A stretch of DNA of 64,000 bases from Candidatus Latescibacterota bacterium (GTDB lineage: Bacteria; Latescibacterota; UBA2968; GCA-2709665). The stretch lies in assembly GCA_965205485.1 (NCBI GenBank), contig OZ242180.1:1344001-1408000 (forward strand). Direction: 5' to 3'. Within the stretch, counting starts at the first letter, position 1. Each line of letters begins with the position of its first letter. The notes under the pieces were generated by a model that was not told where the DNA came from, did no database searches, and saw only the letters and a list, made by a program, of their open reading frames with translations. Of this stretch, positions 9,480-19,746 are shown piece after piece. A program made the translations under genes and the position numbers.

Positions 9480-10547
9480 TCAATCAAAAACAAGCACTGT
9501 TCGCGCGACTCTACCCTGGACCATATCTTCGAATGCCTCGTTGATCTCATCCAGAGGGCGGTAGCGGGATATCAACTCGTCCAGCTTGACCTTTCCCTGA
9601 CGGTACAGATCCAGAATCCAGAGGAAATCCACCCGGGCGCGGGCGGCACCGTGCCAGGAACCCATCACGGCGCGGTCCCGCAAGAGATCATCGCCGTCAA
9701 CGGAAACATCCTGGCCGGTGGGCTGCACCCCCACCATTACCGCGGTTCCACTGGTGCGGACCGATGCAAACGCCTGCCTGACCAGCGCCGGAAATCCAAC
9801 GACTTCAAAGGCATAGTCAGCGCCGCCGCCGGTGATCTCCAAGATCCGCTGTACGGGATCTTCGCTTCCGGCGTTGACGAAATGCGTGGCGCCGAACTGT
9901 TCCGCCAACTCCAGTTTGTAAGTTACCCGGTCCACGGCGATGATCTTTCCCGCCGATGCGAGCACACCGCCCTGGATGACGTTGAGGCCCACGCCCCCGC
10001 AGCCGAACACCGCCATTGTGGCGCCTGCTTCCACCTGTGCGCGATTGACCACGGCGCCGATACCGGTAATGACCGCGCAGCTGATCAGACACGCGCTGCG
10101 AAGGTTCGTGTCATCCGGCACCCTGACGCACGCATCCGCCGATACGATGGTCTGTTCGGTATACGTGGGCCTGTTGTGGAAATAGACCTTCCCGTTCCTG
10201 GAGATGCGACTCGGGATTTCGCCCTGATGGGTTTCGCAAAGCGCGGGGCTTCCCTCGCTGCAATTGCGGCAATGGCCGCACATAGCATCGAGTGAGAGGA
10301 TGATCCTGTCGCCGCATCCAACGCTGGTCACACCCGGGCCGACTTCCCTGACGATCCCAGCGCCCTCGTGTCCCATCACCCAGGGAAGCGCGCGAGGCGC
10401 GACATGCCCGTCGACGAGGTGATAGTCGCTGTGGCAAACCCCGGCGCCGACGATCTCGAGAAGCACTTCACCCTCGCGAGGAGGCGCGATTTCCACTTCT
10501 TCGACGGAGACGCGGGTCAGCGGTCTGTGGAGAACGGCGGCTTTCAT
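9480..10547 (-). CDS. Zn-dependent alcohol dehydrogenase
   Basis: GVCHSD, GHEGAG, CGHCRNC structural Zn site, GCGGVG Rossmann motif; start at MKAAVL. Confidence 0.92.
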   Translation of the reverse strand: MKAAVLHRPLTRVSVEEVEIAPPREGEVLLEIVGAGVCHSDYHLVDGHVAPRALPWVMGHEGAGIVREVGPGVTSVGCGDRIILSLDAMCGHCRNCSEGSPALCETHQGEIPSRISRNGKVYFHNRPTYTEQTIVSADACVRVPDDTNLRSACLISCAVITGIGAVVNRAQVEAGATMAVFGCGGVGLNVIQGGVLASAGKIIAVDRVTYKLELAEQFGATHFVNAGSEDPVQRILEITGGGADYAFEVVGFPALVRQAFASVRTSGTAVMVGVQPTGQDVSVDGDDLLRDRAVMGSWHGAARARVDFLWILDLYRQGKVKLDELISRYRPLDEINEAFEDMVQGRVARTVLVFD

Positions 10548-10634
10548 TTCTGTCTCTTTTCGCAAATGGCGCTGAAAAACAAGGCATTTTGGTGGATTGA
10601 CAGATGTGCTGAACTCAGGTCGATTACCGAAGGG

Positions 10635-11213
10635 TCAGCCAGTCTCGATGCCAATGCGGGCAAGGACGTCCGACCACCGTTTCGCATGGGTGTCGTGGGT
10701 GTGCAGGGGCCGGAAGCCGGCGGAGAGATAGCTCTTGATGGCCGGGACGCGCCAGTCGTCGGTCAACAGGTGGGCCTGGCGATAGCCCAGGTCTTTGAGC
10801 CGGTGGAGTACGGCCGCGTTGACAAGGTGTCCCAGGCCCTTGCCGCGCTGGCTTTCGTGTACGGCAACCATGTGCACTTCACCCACGATGCGTTCCGTCA
10901 GGTCCCGGCTCCAGGCGCACGCGGAACCCACAAGTCGGGAATCGAGTGTGGCGAAAAAGAGGCTGTCGGGATGAAACCGAGGATCGTTGACGAGTTTCTC
11001 ACGACACAATTCAGGCGTCCAGTCCCGTCCCACGTTGCCTTCCATGATTGCGCACCACCCCGCTTCGTCGCCGGACCGGTAGGTTCGCAGGCCATACCCT
11101 TCGGGGATCCGGACCTCCGGCAGGTCCTGCAGCGTATCCCTCTGCATTTCCAGCTGGGGCGACGGAGGCGGAGGCGGCTTGGCGTTCAAAAAGGAAAGTA
11201 CCCGGCGAAACAT
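10635..11213 (-). CDS. GNAT family N-acetyltransferase
   Basis: V..SQRGKGLG motif A and AIKSY...GF; start uncertain. Confidence 0.85.
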   Translation of the reverse strand: MFRRVLSFLNAKPPPPPSPQLEMQRDTLQDLPEVRIPEGYGLRTYRSGDEAGWCAIMEGNVGRDWTPELCREKLVNDPRFHPDSLFFATLDSRLVGSACAWSRDLTERIVGEVHMVAVHESQRGKGLGHLVNAAVLHRLKDLGYRQAHLLTDDWRVPAIKSYLSAGFRPLHTHDTHAKRWSDVLARIGIETG

Positions 11214-11294
11214 GGCTTGTTTCTCGTCAGAAAACCGTGGCAGGAACCGGACGCACACCGGACAGACGCTTTCAACGGTCTGTCAGGGGACAAC

Positions 11295-11461
11295 TAGTGT
11301 TCTGTCCCGGAAATAAGTTGCCTGAATTCGACCGCCGAGTCGCCCGGCTCGCGAGGCGCCTGAGCGCAGCCGACCTGCGTATGGTCGGCGAGCGAGGGGA
11401 ACGTAGCGAGACGGGATGAATCGCCGGTCGAATGGTGAGGAATTTTTGGGACAGGACACTA
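11295..11461. mobile_element. MITE family A, copy 1 (167 bp)
   Basis: TIRs GTGTTCTGTCCC / GGGACAGGACAC flanked by TA; near-identical inverted copy at 56144-56310. Confidence 0.8.
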
Positions 11462-11681
11462 TCGATCGTCGTCGACGAATTCGCGATTGGCGCATCTCAC
11501 TTCAATCGCACTCCGTACTGAGCGACAATATGAGCGACATCGCGGTCTGTGTCAACGGATATTCGCCCGTTCGAGCCGTGAATCGGCGGCCCGGATTCCC
11601 GCGTTCAGGGCTGGATTGTCGCCCCCAAACGGACCTCGCAATCGCACGCAGAAATATGCGTGTTGATTGTTCTGGAATGGC

Positions 11682-11710
11682 TTGACATTTAACAATCCTT
11701 ATGATATACT
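11682..11710 (+). promoter_or_regulatory. Sigma70 promoter of the nuo-mrp-atp cluster
   Basis: TTGACA-17 bp-TATACT with an extended -10 TGn. Confidence 0.75.
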
Positions 11711-11763
11711 AACACCGCCGAAAAGCGGTCGTCGGAAGAAGTACTATTCCAGAACTGCTTTTT

Positions 11764-11929
11764 TAGCAGTCCGTTGATAAAGTCGCTCCGCAGGCGAGGC
11801 CGAGCCATTGTGGCCGAAGACAAGGCGCGCAACCGAGTCCCATCCTGCGATTCGGCGAGGGCGCGCAACGCAGTATTTCGACCGCAAGGGCCGGCCGTAG
11901 CCCGGATGGACTTTTTCAACGGGCTGTTA
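11764..11929. mobile_element. MITE family B, copy 1 (in the nuoA leader)
   Basis: TIRs GCAGTCCGTTGATAAAGTC / GACTTTTTCAACGGGCTGT, TA-flanked; related copies at 28924 and 35774. Confidence 0.8.
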
Positions 11930-11953
11930 GCCCGCGAGAGGTCCAGGGACACG

Positions 11954-12319
11954 ATGCTGGTCGATTATCTTCCGATTGTTATTCTGATGGCAGTTGCCGT
12001 CGGGTTTGCAGCCGTCAGTTTAATCATTACGCATCTGTTCGGACCCCGCCGTCCCAACCCGGTGAAATTGTCGCCGTACGAGTCGGGCGTTCCTCCCGTG
12101 GGCGACGCCAGGCTGAGGTTTTCTGTCAAGTTCTACGTTGTGGCGATGCTGTTTATCGTCTTCGATATCGAAGTCGTTTTTCTATACCCCTGGGCCGTTG
12201 TCTTCAAGGATCTGCTGGCCCAGGGGAGCTTTGTTTTTACGGAAATGGCGGTGTTCCTCGGGGTCCTGGTTCTCGGGCTCGCGTATGTCTGGCGGAAGGG
12301 CGGGCTGGATTGGGACTGA
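11954..12319 (+). CDS. nuoA: NADH-quinone oxidoreductase subunit A
   Basis: [40 protein letters not shown]. Confidence 0.95.
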   Translation: MLVDYLPIVILMAVAVGFAAVSLIITHLFGPRRPNPVKLSPYESGVPPVGDARLRFSVKFYVVAMLFIVFDIEVVFLYPWAVVFKDLLAQGSFVFTEMAVFLGVLVLGLAYVWRKGGLDWD

Positions 12320-12375
12320 GGTCGGAAGCGACCGAAAAACAAACTTTCATCGACCGGCGAAGATTGGGCCGGACC

Positions 12376-14148
12376 ATGCCCATGGAAACGAAGAACGGGA
12401 CGCCGATTGCGCACATGAACGCTGACAACCTGACTTCGAAGAAGCTGGCGGAACGGTTCGGCGAAGACGTCCTCGAGGTTTCGGATTTTCGCGGCGACTG
12501 GGTGGCGGTCTGCGAGGCGGACCGGGTGTCGGATATGCTGGCCTTTCTGCGGGACGATCCGGACCTGGCGTTCGACCGTCTGTCGGATGTGACGGCGGTC
12601 GATTATTCCGAGTATCCGGGACCGCATCCGGGCACCCGGTTCAACGTGGTCTATCATCTATATTCCCACCTTCACAACCACCGGTTCAGGCTCAGGGCGA
12701 AGGTGGATGAAGAAACCTGCTGCATCCCGTCCGCGTGCGGGTTGTGGAAGGGGGCCGAGTGGCCGGAGCGTGAAGCCTACGATATGTTCGGCATCCGGTT
12801 CGAGGGGCATCCGGATTTACGGCGCATATTGATGCCGGTGAATTTCAAATACCATCCGCTGAGAAAGGACTACCCGGTAAACGGCCGCGGAGAACGGGAC
12901 GTCATCGCGCCGGAAGATCCCGGGTTCGAGGGCAATCCCTTCGAGGGCGACGATTCGCCCGACAGCGACCCGCTGGCATCGGAACGCATGGTCCTGAATC
13001 TTGGACCCCAGCATCCGGCAACCCATGGAACGCTGCGGCTCACGCTCGAACTGGAAGGCGAGCGCATCTCCAGGTGCATTCCGGACATCGGCTACCTGCA
13101 TACCGGCTTTGAAAAACTGGGTGAACACCATACCTACAACCAGTGGGTCACGGTGACCGACCGGATGAACTACCTTTCGCCGTTGTGCAATAACATCGGT
13201 TTTGCGATGACGGTGGAAGAACTGATGGGCCTGGAAATCCCGCCGCGCGCCACGGTAATCCGCGTCATCCTGTCGGAGCTTTCGCGCATCGCGGACCATA
13301 TGGTCTGGCTGGGCACGCACGCGCTGGATATCGGCGCGATGACAGTGTTCCTGTACACCTTCGAACAACGTGAACGCCTTTACGATATCTTCGAGGCCGT
13401 CACGGGGACCCGTTTGACCACGAGTTATACGCGGGTCGGAGGTCTGGGCTGGGACGTGCCCGACAATTTCCACGAACTGGTAACGGACTTCACGGCGCAA
13501 TTCCCCAGGGCGGCAGGGGAGGTGGACAGGCTGTTGACCCGAAACAGGATCTGGATCGACCGTACCAAGGGAATCGGCGTGATTTCGGCCGAAGACGCCA
13601 TCGCGTGGAACATGACGGGGCCGATGGCGCGCGGGTCGGGCGTGAACTACGATTTGCGGAAGGCCGAACCCTATCTGGGCTACGAGGAGTATGACTTCGA
13701 TGTTCCCGTGGGCGAGAAGGGCGATGTATACGACCGCTACCTCGTCCGGATGGAGGAATTGAACCAGAGCATCCGGATCGTCGAACAGGCGGTGAACAAC
13801 CTGCCCGGAGGCCCCGTCAAGGTCGACGACGCCAAGGTCATCCTTCCCGAGAAGGACGACGTGTATACCGGCATGGAATCGCTGATCCACCACTTCAAGG
13901 TAACGATGGACGATCACGGAATCGCGCCGCCCCCCGGAGAGATCTACGTGGCTACGGAGAGCCCCAACGGTGAATTGGGCTTCTATATTGTCAGCGACGG
14001 AAGCGGCGCAGCCTACCGGCTCCGGGTACGGCCCCCGTCGTTCATGAATTACCAGTGTTTCCCGCAACTGGCGAACGGGCATATGGTGGCCGACGTCGTG
14101 GCCATTCTGGGAAGCATTAACGTCATCGCGGGAGAGCTGGATCGATGA
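12376..14148 (+). CDS. nuoCD: Fused NADH-quinone oxidoreductase subunit C/D
   Basis: [22 protein letters not shown] and HPLRKDYP (C); [31 protein letters not shown] (D). Confidence 0.95.
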   Translation: MPMETKNGTPIAHMNADNLTSKKLAERFGEDVLEVSDFRGDWVAVCEADRVSDMLAFLRDDPDLAFDRLSDVTAVDYSEYPGPHPGTRFNVVYHLYSHLHNHRFRLRAKVDEETCCIPSACGLWKGAEWPEREAYDMFGIRFEGHPDLRRILMPVNFKYHPLRKDYPVNGRGERDVIAPEDPGFEGNPFEGDDSPDSDPLASERMVLNLGPQHPATHGTLRLTLELEGERISRCIPDIGYLHTGFEKLGEHHTYNQWVTVTDRMNYLSPLCNNIGFAMTVEELMGLEIPPRATVIRVILSELSRIADHMVWLGTHALDIGAMTVFLYTFEQRERLYDIFEAVTGTRLTTSYTRVGGLGWDVPDNFHELVTDFTAQFPRAAGEVDRLLTRNRIWIDRTKGIGVISAEDAIAWNMTGPMARGSGVNYDLRKAEPYLGYEEYDFDVPVGEKGDVYDRYLVRMEELNQSIRIVEQAVNNLPGGPVKVDDAKVILPEKDDVYTGMESLIHHFKVTMDDHGIAPPPGEIYVATESPNGELGFYIVSDGSGAAYRLRVRPPSFMNYQCFPQLANGHMVADVVAILGSINVIAGELDR

Positions 14149-14178
14149 CCGCGACATCATCTTCACGGGCACACAGAA

Positions 14179-14658
14179 ATGGCGATCGCACTGTCTGAAA
14201 AGACACGGGAGAAGTGTGAGAAGTTAATCACGCACTATCCGCCGGAGTGGCGCAAGGCGGCAATCCTTCCGGTTCTGCACCTTGCGCAGAAGGAGTGGGG
14301 GTATATATCTCTGGAAGGACTGAGATACGTCGCGGAACTTCTGGAAATCCCGCCCGCCCATGCAGCGGGCGTGATGAGCTTCTATCCCATGTTCCACAAG
14401 GCGCCCGTAGGGAAATACGTCATTCACGTGTGCGGAACGCTGTCCTGTGCGCTCTGCGGGGCCCGAGAAATCACGAAGCACCTGAAGGAAAAGCTGAAAA
14501 TCGACGTGGGCGAAACCACCGCGGACGGACGATTCACGCTGGCCAAGGTGGAATGCATCGCGGCCTGCGAGGGTGCGCCGGCGGTACTGATCAACGAGGA
14601 TCTGCATCGCTGCGTGACACGGGAGAAGCTGGACCGTCTCCTTGACGGGTGCGCGTGA
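14179..14658 (+). CDS. nuoE: NADH-quinone oxidoreductase subunit E
   Basis: CGTLSC...CIAAC [2Fe-2S] N1a ligands. Confidence 0.93.
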   Translation: MAIALSEKTREKCEKLITHYPPEWRKAAILPVLHLAQKEWGYISLEGLRYVAELLEIPPAHAAGVMSFYPMFHKAPVGKYVIHVCGTLSCALCGAREITKHLKEKLKIDVGETTADGRFTLAKVECIAACEGAPAVLINEDLHRCVTREKLDRLLDGCA

Positions 14659-14678
14659 AACAGAACGATTGAGCGGAT

Positions 14679-15968
14679 ATGCCCGAAGAATACAAGATCA
14701 TCACCGAACGCTTCGGCGTCGAAGGCCTCCGGAATATAGACGTCTACAGGGCCCATGGCGGATACCGCGCTATTGAGAAGGCCTTTGGAATGTCGCAGGA
14801 CGAGGTGATCGACGAGGTGCGGGAGGCGGCGCTGGCGGGACGGGGAGGCGCGTGGTTTCCGGCAGGCGTAAAATGGGGCTTCATGCCGAAAGAGCCCCGT
14901 GAGCCCAGCTATCTCTGCGTCAATGCCGACGAGAGCGAACCGGGCACGTTCAAGGACCGGCACCTGATGGAGCAGGATCCGCATCAGATGCTCGAAGGCA
15001 CCATCATCGCGTCCTACGCGATGCGGGTGAGCGTGGCATACGTCTATATCCGCGGCGAAATGTTCGAGGCGAGGACGATCGTGGAACAGGCGATCGCCGA
15101 GGCGCGGGCAGCGGGATACATCGGCCGGGACATCCTGGGGTCCGGCTACGATCTGGAGGTCTACGTCCACCCCGGCGCCGGCGCATATATCTGCGGCGAG
15201 GAAATGGGTCTGATCCAGTCCCTTAACGGAAACCGCGCCGAGCCGCGTTCAAAGCCTCCGTTTCCCGCCCAGCAGGGCGTTTTCGAACGGCCCACCACGG
15301 TGAACAACGTCCAGACGCTTTCCTACGTACCCCATATCGTGAACCGGGGCGCGGACTGGTTCAAGGGAATCGGCAGCGAACGGTTTCCGGGCACGTTCAT
15401 CTTCTGCGTCAGCGGGCACGTGAACAGGCCGGGGATGTTCGAACTGGAAACCGGCGCGTTCACGATGCGCCAGATCATCGAGGATTTCGCGGGCGGCGTA
15501 CGCGACGGGCATGAACTGAAAGCCGTGATTCCGGGCGGGGCCTCAACACCTCCGATGACACCCGACCAGATCGATATCGTGATGGATCCGTCGAACTTTC
15601 TGGCGCCGGGCGGCGGCGAATTCCAGGGCATGTTCGGCACGGGCGGGATCATCGTGATGGATGAAACAACCTGCATGGTGGATGCGTTGTTGAATTTCAT
15701 GGTCTTCTTCGCGCACGAGTCCTGCGGTCAGTGTACGCCGTGCCGCGAGGGATGTCCCTGGGCGCGAGACATCGTGTGGCGGATCGAAAACGGTCTCGGG
15801 AAACCGGGCGACCTGGATACCCTGCTCGACGTTGCCCATAACGTCGGGCCGTTTTTGTGTCCGCCCTCGAGGTTGACAACCATATGCGGTTTCGGCGGGG
15901 CATTCGCAAATCCGATCCACGGATTCGTTCAAACGTTCCGCGACGAGTTCGAAGCCCATATCAAGTAA
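14679..15968 (+). CDS. nuoF: NADH-quinone oxidoreductase subunit F
   Basis: GRGGAWFP, NADESEPGTFKD, YICGEE, ESCGQCTPCREG...TIC (N3). Confidence 0.95.
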   Translation: MPEEYKIITERFGVEGLRNIDVYRAHGGYRAIEKAFGMSQDEVIDEVREAALAGRGGAWFPAGVKWGFMPKEPREPSYLCVNADESEPGTFKDRHLMEQDPHQMLEGTIIASYAMRVSVAYVYIRGEMFEARTIVEQAIAEARAAGYIGRDILGSGYDLEVYVHPGAGAYICGEEMGLIQSLNGNRAEPRSKPPFPAQQGVFERPTTVNNVQTLSYVPHIVNRGADWFKGIGSERFPGTFIFCVSGHVNRPGMFELETGAFTMRQIIEDFAGGVRDGHELKAVIPGGASTPPMTPDQIDIVMDPSNFLAPGGGEFQGMFGTGGIIVMDETTCMVDALLNFMVFFAHESCGQCTPCREGCPWARDIVWRIENGLGKPGDLDTLLDVAHNVGPFLCPPSRLTTICGFGGAFANPIHGFVQTFRDEFEAHIK

Positions 15969-16020
15969 GAACGATGCCGCGGTCGCAGGACAAGCCAATT
16001 TGGTTCCAGGGTAAACAACT

Positions 16021-17637
16021 ATGCCGACATTTACGATAGATGGCAGTGAAATCGAAATCGTTCCCGGAAAGAACGTGCTCCAGACGGCGATCGATAACGG
16101 AATATTCGTTCCGCACTACTGCTACCACCCGGGGCTGAGCGCGCCCGCAAACTGCCGCATGTGCCTTGTGGAGATGGAGGTGGGCGGCCGAAGCAGCCTT
16201 GGTCCTTCCTGCTCCGCCATGCCTGCCGAGGGTATGGTCGTGGATACGCAGTCCGACGTCGTCAAGGAAAACCAGAATGCCGTGATGGAGTTCCTGTTGG
16301 TGAACCATCCTCTGGACTGTCCCGTGTGCGATCAGTCCGGAGAGTGCGAACTACAGGATTACAGCTATACCTACGGATCCGACAGGAGCCGGTATCACGA
16401 GAAGAAGCTGGTCCAGCCCAAGAAAGACGTCGGCCGGCACGTGTTGTTGTATTCCGACCGGTGCATCCGGTGTACCCGCTGTACCCGGTTCTGCGACGAG
16501 ATTTCGGGGACCGGCGAACTGGGGTATTTCAACCGGGGCGTCCATAACGAGATCGACGTCTTCCCGGGCGCGCGGATGGACAATCGCCTGTCCGGCAATA
16601 CGGTGGATATCTGCCCGGTGGGCGCGCTGCTGGACAAGTCGTTCCTTTTCAAGCAGCGTGTATGGTTTCTGAAGTCGGTTGACACCATCTGCCCCGGATG
16701 CAGCACGGGCTGCAACATCAGGGCCGATTACAACAACGAACGGATCTACCGGCTCGTGCCGCGTCAGAATCCGGACGTGAACGAGTACTGGATGTGTGAC
16801 GACGGCCGCCACGGGTGGGGTTATGTACACGGCGACGACCGGCTTCTGTTTCCGATGTTGGGAAGAGGCGAGGAACAGGAACTGGCGTTGTGGGAGGCCG
16901 CACTGGACGCGGCAAGGGCAGGGTTCGAACGCATTCGGACGGATTACGGCGAGAATGCCGTGGCCGGTATTGCGTCGGCCTGTCTCACCAACGAAGAGCA
17001 TTACCTGTTCGGAAGCCTCTTCCGGAGCGGGCTGGCCGGAGGCCCCGTCGCGGTTCGTAACCGCGTCAGCGACGAAGGCGACGTGGTGTTCAAGGGCGGT
17101 TTCACCATTCACGCCGACAAGTCTCCGAACGCACGCGGCGCGCGGACCGTACTCGAGGGTCTTGGGTTGTCTCCGGTCGATACCTCCGAGATCTGGCGCG
17201 GCGTGGCCGATGGACGGATTCGGGGACTCTACCTGGCGGGCGGCGATCCGCTGGAATCGTTGTCCGACGAGGAACAGGCGGCACTCTCATCATTGGAATT
17301 CCTGGTCGTTCAGGATGTTCTGACCCGCGATTGGACGGCGATGGCGGACGTGGTCCTTCCCGGCGCGGCCTTTATCGAGAAGGACGGCACGTTTACAAAC
17401 GTCGACGGGCGGGTGCAGCGTATAAGGCAGGGCCTGGCGCCAGCGGGCGATGCGCGGCCCGACTGGGAGATCCTGCGGGACGTCAACCGTGTGATGGGGG
17501 GCGAGGCTGCGCAGACCGGGGTCGAAGAGGTCATGGCCGACATGTCGAATGCCATCGCGGCTTTCAGAGGGATGGACTACGACGTTATCGGTGAAGAGGG
17601 CCGACCGCTCATTGAGATCGAGGCATCGGGGACGTAA
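16021..17637 (+). CDS. nuoG: NADH-quinone oxidoreductase subunit G (short form, 538 aa)
   Basis: CYHP..NCRMC..C (N1b), HPLDCPVCDQSGEC (N5), CIRCTRC..CPVGAL (N4), CPGCSTGC..C (N7). Confidence 0.9.
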   Translation: MPTFTIDGSEIEIVPGKNVLQTAIDNGIFVPHYCYHPGLSAPANCRMCLVEMEVGGRSSLGPSCSAMPAEGMVVDTQSDVVKENQNAVMEFLLVNHPLDCPVCDQSGECELQDYSYTYGSDRSRYHEKKLVQPKKDVGRHVLLYSDRCIRCTRCTRFCDEISGTGELGYFNRGVHNEIDVFPGARMDNRLSGNTVDICPVGALLDKSFLFKQRVWFLKSVDTICPGCSTGCNIRADYNNERIYRLVPRQNPDVNEYWMCDDGRHGWGYVHGDDRLLFPMLGRGEEQELALWEAALDAARAGFERIRTDYGENAVAGIASACLTNEEHYLFGSLFRSGLAGGPVAVRNRVSDEGDVVFKGGFTIHADKSPNARGARTVLEGLGLSPVDTSEIWRGVADGRIRGLYLAGGDPLESLSDEEQAALSSLEFLVVQDVLTRDWTAMADVVLPGAAFIEKDGTFTNVDGRVQRIRQGLAPAGDARPDWEILRDVNRVMGGEAAQTGVEEVMADMSNAIAAFRGMDYDVIGEEGRPLIEIEASGT

Positions 17638-17651
17638 CACCGGGCGCACTT

Positions 17652-18692
17652 ATGGACTTCGCCATTGAAAGTACAGTCAAGATCGTTGTGGTATTCGGCG
17701 GGCTCATGGGCGCGGTCGCCTATCTCGTACTGGCGGAGCGGAAGATCAGCGCATATATCCAGAACCGTCTGGGTCCGAACCGGGTGGGGCCGTGGGGATT
17801 GCTCCAGCCGATTGCCGACGGTCTCAAGTTTCTCTTCAAGGAAGACGTGATCCCCCGGCACGTGAACCGCTTCGTCTATCTTGCCGCGCCGCCCGCCATT
17901 CTCGTCCCCGCGCTGATGGGTTTCGCCATCGTGCCGTTCGGTGACTCCATTACCCTGTGGGGCCGCGAGATCCGGCTGCAGATCGCGGACGTGAATATTG
18001 GTATCCTCTATCTCCTTGCACTGGCGTCGCTGGGGGTCTACGGCGTCGTTCTTGGCGGCTGGGCGTCCAACAACAAGTATGCCCTGCTGGGCGGGCTGCG
18101 GGCGTCCGCTCAGATGATCAGCTACGAACTGGCGCTCGGGTTGTCGCTGATCGGCGTGCTGATGGCCGCGGGCACGTTGCAACTGAATGAAATCGTCATG
18201 CAGCAGTCGGAACGGACGCTGTTCGGTTTTCTGCCTGGATGGAACGTATTCACGCAGCCGCTCGGGTTCGTGTTGTTCACCGCTGCCGCGTTCGCCGAGA
18301 GCAACCGGCTGCCGTTCGATCTGCCGGAGTCCGAACAGGAACTGGTGGCCGGATATCACGCCGAGTACAGCAGTATGAAGTTCGCCATGTTCTTCATGGC
18401 CGAGTATGCCCATATGATCACGGCGTCGGCCGTTATCGCCACGCTGTTCTTCGGTGGCTGGCATATGCCCTGGCTGGTGGACCCCGGAAGTACCTCGATT
18501 GGCGCCAGCCTGCTCAAGGTACTCGCTTTTCTGGTCAAGACCGGATTCTTCATGTTCCTGTTCCTGTGGGTACGCTGGACCCTTCCGCGCTTCCGGTACG
18601 ATCAGGTGATGTGGCTGGGGTGGAAGGTGCTGCTGCCGCTGGCGCTTCTGAACGTCTTCTTGACCGGGCTTTATCTGACACTAACGTACTGA
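17652..18692 (+). CDS. nuoH: NADH-quinone oxidoreductase subunit H
   Basis: ERKISA.IQNRLGPNRVG, QPIADGLK, AESNRLPFDLPE.EQELVAGY, PRFRYDQ. Confidence 0.96.
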   Translation: MDFAIESTVKIVVVFGGLMGAVAYLVLAERKISAYIQNRLGPNRVGPWGLLQPIADGLKFLFKEDVIPRHVNRFVYLAAPPAILVPALMGFAIVPFGDSITLWGREIRLQIADVNIGILYLLALASLGVYGVVLGGWASNNKYALLGGLRASAQMISYELALGLSLIGVLMAAGTLQLNEIVMQQSERTLFGFLPGWNVFTQPLGFVLFTAAAFAESNRLPFDLPESEQELVAGYHAEYSSMKFAMFFMAEYAHMITASAVIATLFFGGWHMPWLVDPGSTSIGASLLKVLAFLVKTGFFMFLFLWVRWTLPRFRYDQVMWLGWKVLLPLALLNVFLTGLYLTLTY

Positions 18693-18701
18693 GTGACACT
18701 G

Positions 18702-18865
18702 AGAAGCTGTTTTAAAACTCCCGGCGGTCTTCGCGCGGCTGCAAAAGCGCCGGTCGGCGTTGGTCAAACCCACCCGTATCCTTAGATATGGGCGGCTTTT
18801 CCCGCCTTGACCGCCACTTTTTCGCTCGCGATCGGGAACTCACCGGTAATTTTAAAACAGCTTCT
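18702..18865. mobile_element. MITE family C, copy 1 (in the slot normally held by nuoI)
   Basis: TIRs AGAAGCTGTTTTAAAA / TTTTAAAACAGCTTCT; copies at 34235 (inverted) and 59271. Confidence 0.82.
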
Positions 18866-18889
18866 AAGCGGCGCCCTGCGGGAGGGATA

Positions 18890-19426
18890 ATGGAGCAAAT
18901 ATTCTTTTTCGTTTTTGCCGCAATCGCGCTGGTTGCGGCAGTGCTCCTCGTCGCGTTTCGAAATCCGGTCTACAGCGCCCTGTCTCTGGTGGCTGCGTTC
19001 TTCGCCCTGGCAGGGCTTTTTGTTTTGCTGAATGCGTATTTCCTGGCGGTGGTCCAGATTATCGTGTACGCCGGCGCAATCATGGTACTCTTCCTGTTCG
19101 TAATCATGCTTCTGAACCTGGGTCATTCCGACACCCTTGAGCGCGTCGCGGGCAAATATCGACGCGTCGCCGTTGTCCTTCTCGCGGCGGCTCTGGTGGC
19201 GCAACTGGGCTTCATGGCAGGACGGCGCTGGGTCGGCACGCCCGCGTCGGGAGAGGCGCCGCTGTTTACCGACAACATCAACGCCATCGGCAAAATGCTG
19301 TATACCAGGTATCTGTTTCCCTTCGAGGTGGTTTCCCTGATTCTGCTGGTCGCCCTGATCGGCGTGATGGTCATGGTGAAAGGGGACCGGGAAAGCGGAG
19401 GAAACCAGTCCCGGCAGGCGCCCTGA
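18890..19426 (+). CDS. nuoJ: NADH-quinone oxidoreductase subunit J
   Basis: NPVYSALSL, QIIVYAGAIMVLFLFVIMLL, YLFPFEV; GGAGG RBS. Confidence 0.95.
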   Translation: MEQIFFFVFAAIALVAAVLLVAFRNPVYSALSLVAAFFALAGLFVLLNAYFLAVVQIIVYAGAIMVLFLFVIMLLNLGHSDTLERVAGKYRRVAVVLLAAALVAQLGFMAGRRWVGTPASGEAPLFTDNINAIGKMLYTRYLFPFEVVSLILLVALIGVMVMVKGDRESGGNQSRQAP

Positions 19427-19746
19427 TTCGTCCGGGCGCAAACGTTCGTTTTTCGTTTTCTCCGCAAATTCGCGATAGATTTTTAACATCATGAATAGTT
19501 CACAAAATCGGGTGGTGACGTTTAATCATTGCCTGTATTTCAACGGTTATAGTGTAGAGTTCACCGAAAGCATCTGCTAACGTGTGATCGGGATGTTCGG
19601 CGCAACTCTGTGTGGAGCACCTTAGACGGACTCTTCCTCATAGCCAGGAATAGGGTGTACGACAGCCTTTGGATTCTTATCCTGTTCATCCTGTTCATCC
19701 ATGTAAGATCTGAGTATTTGAATTAAATAGGAACAGTGAGATCGAG

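Noticed and set aside
11774..11953. N-terminal extensions of nuoA, nuoJ and the C45 peptidase in the ORF track
   Set aside because: They are translated MITE/REP sequence; downstream starts match family lengths and mostly have an RBS.
18693..19746. Hidden or degraded nuoI or nuoB in the spacers
   Set aside because: No CxxCxxCxxxCP or NuoB-like motif was seen; the nuoH-nuoJ gap is explained by MITE C.
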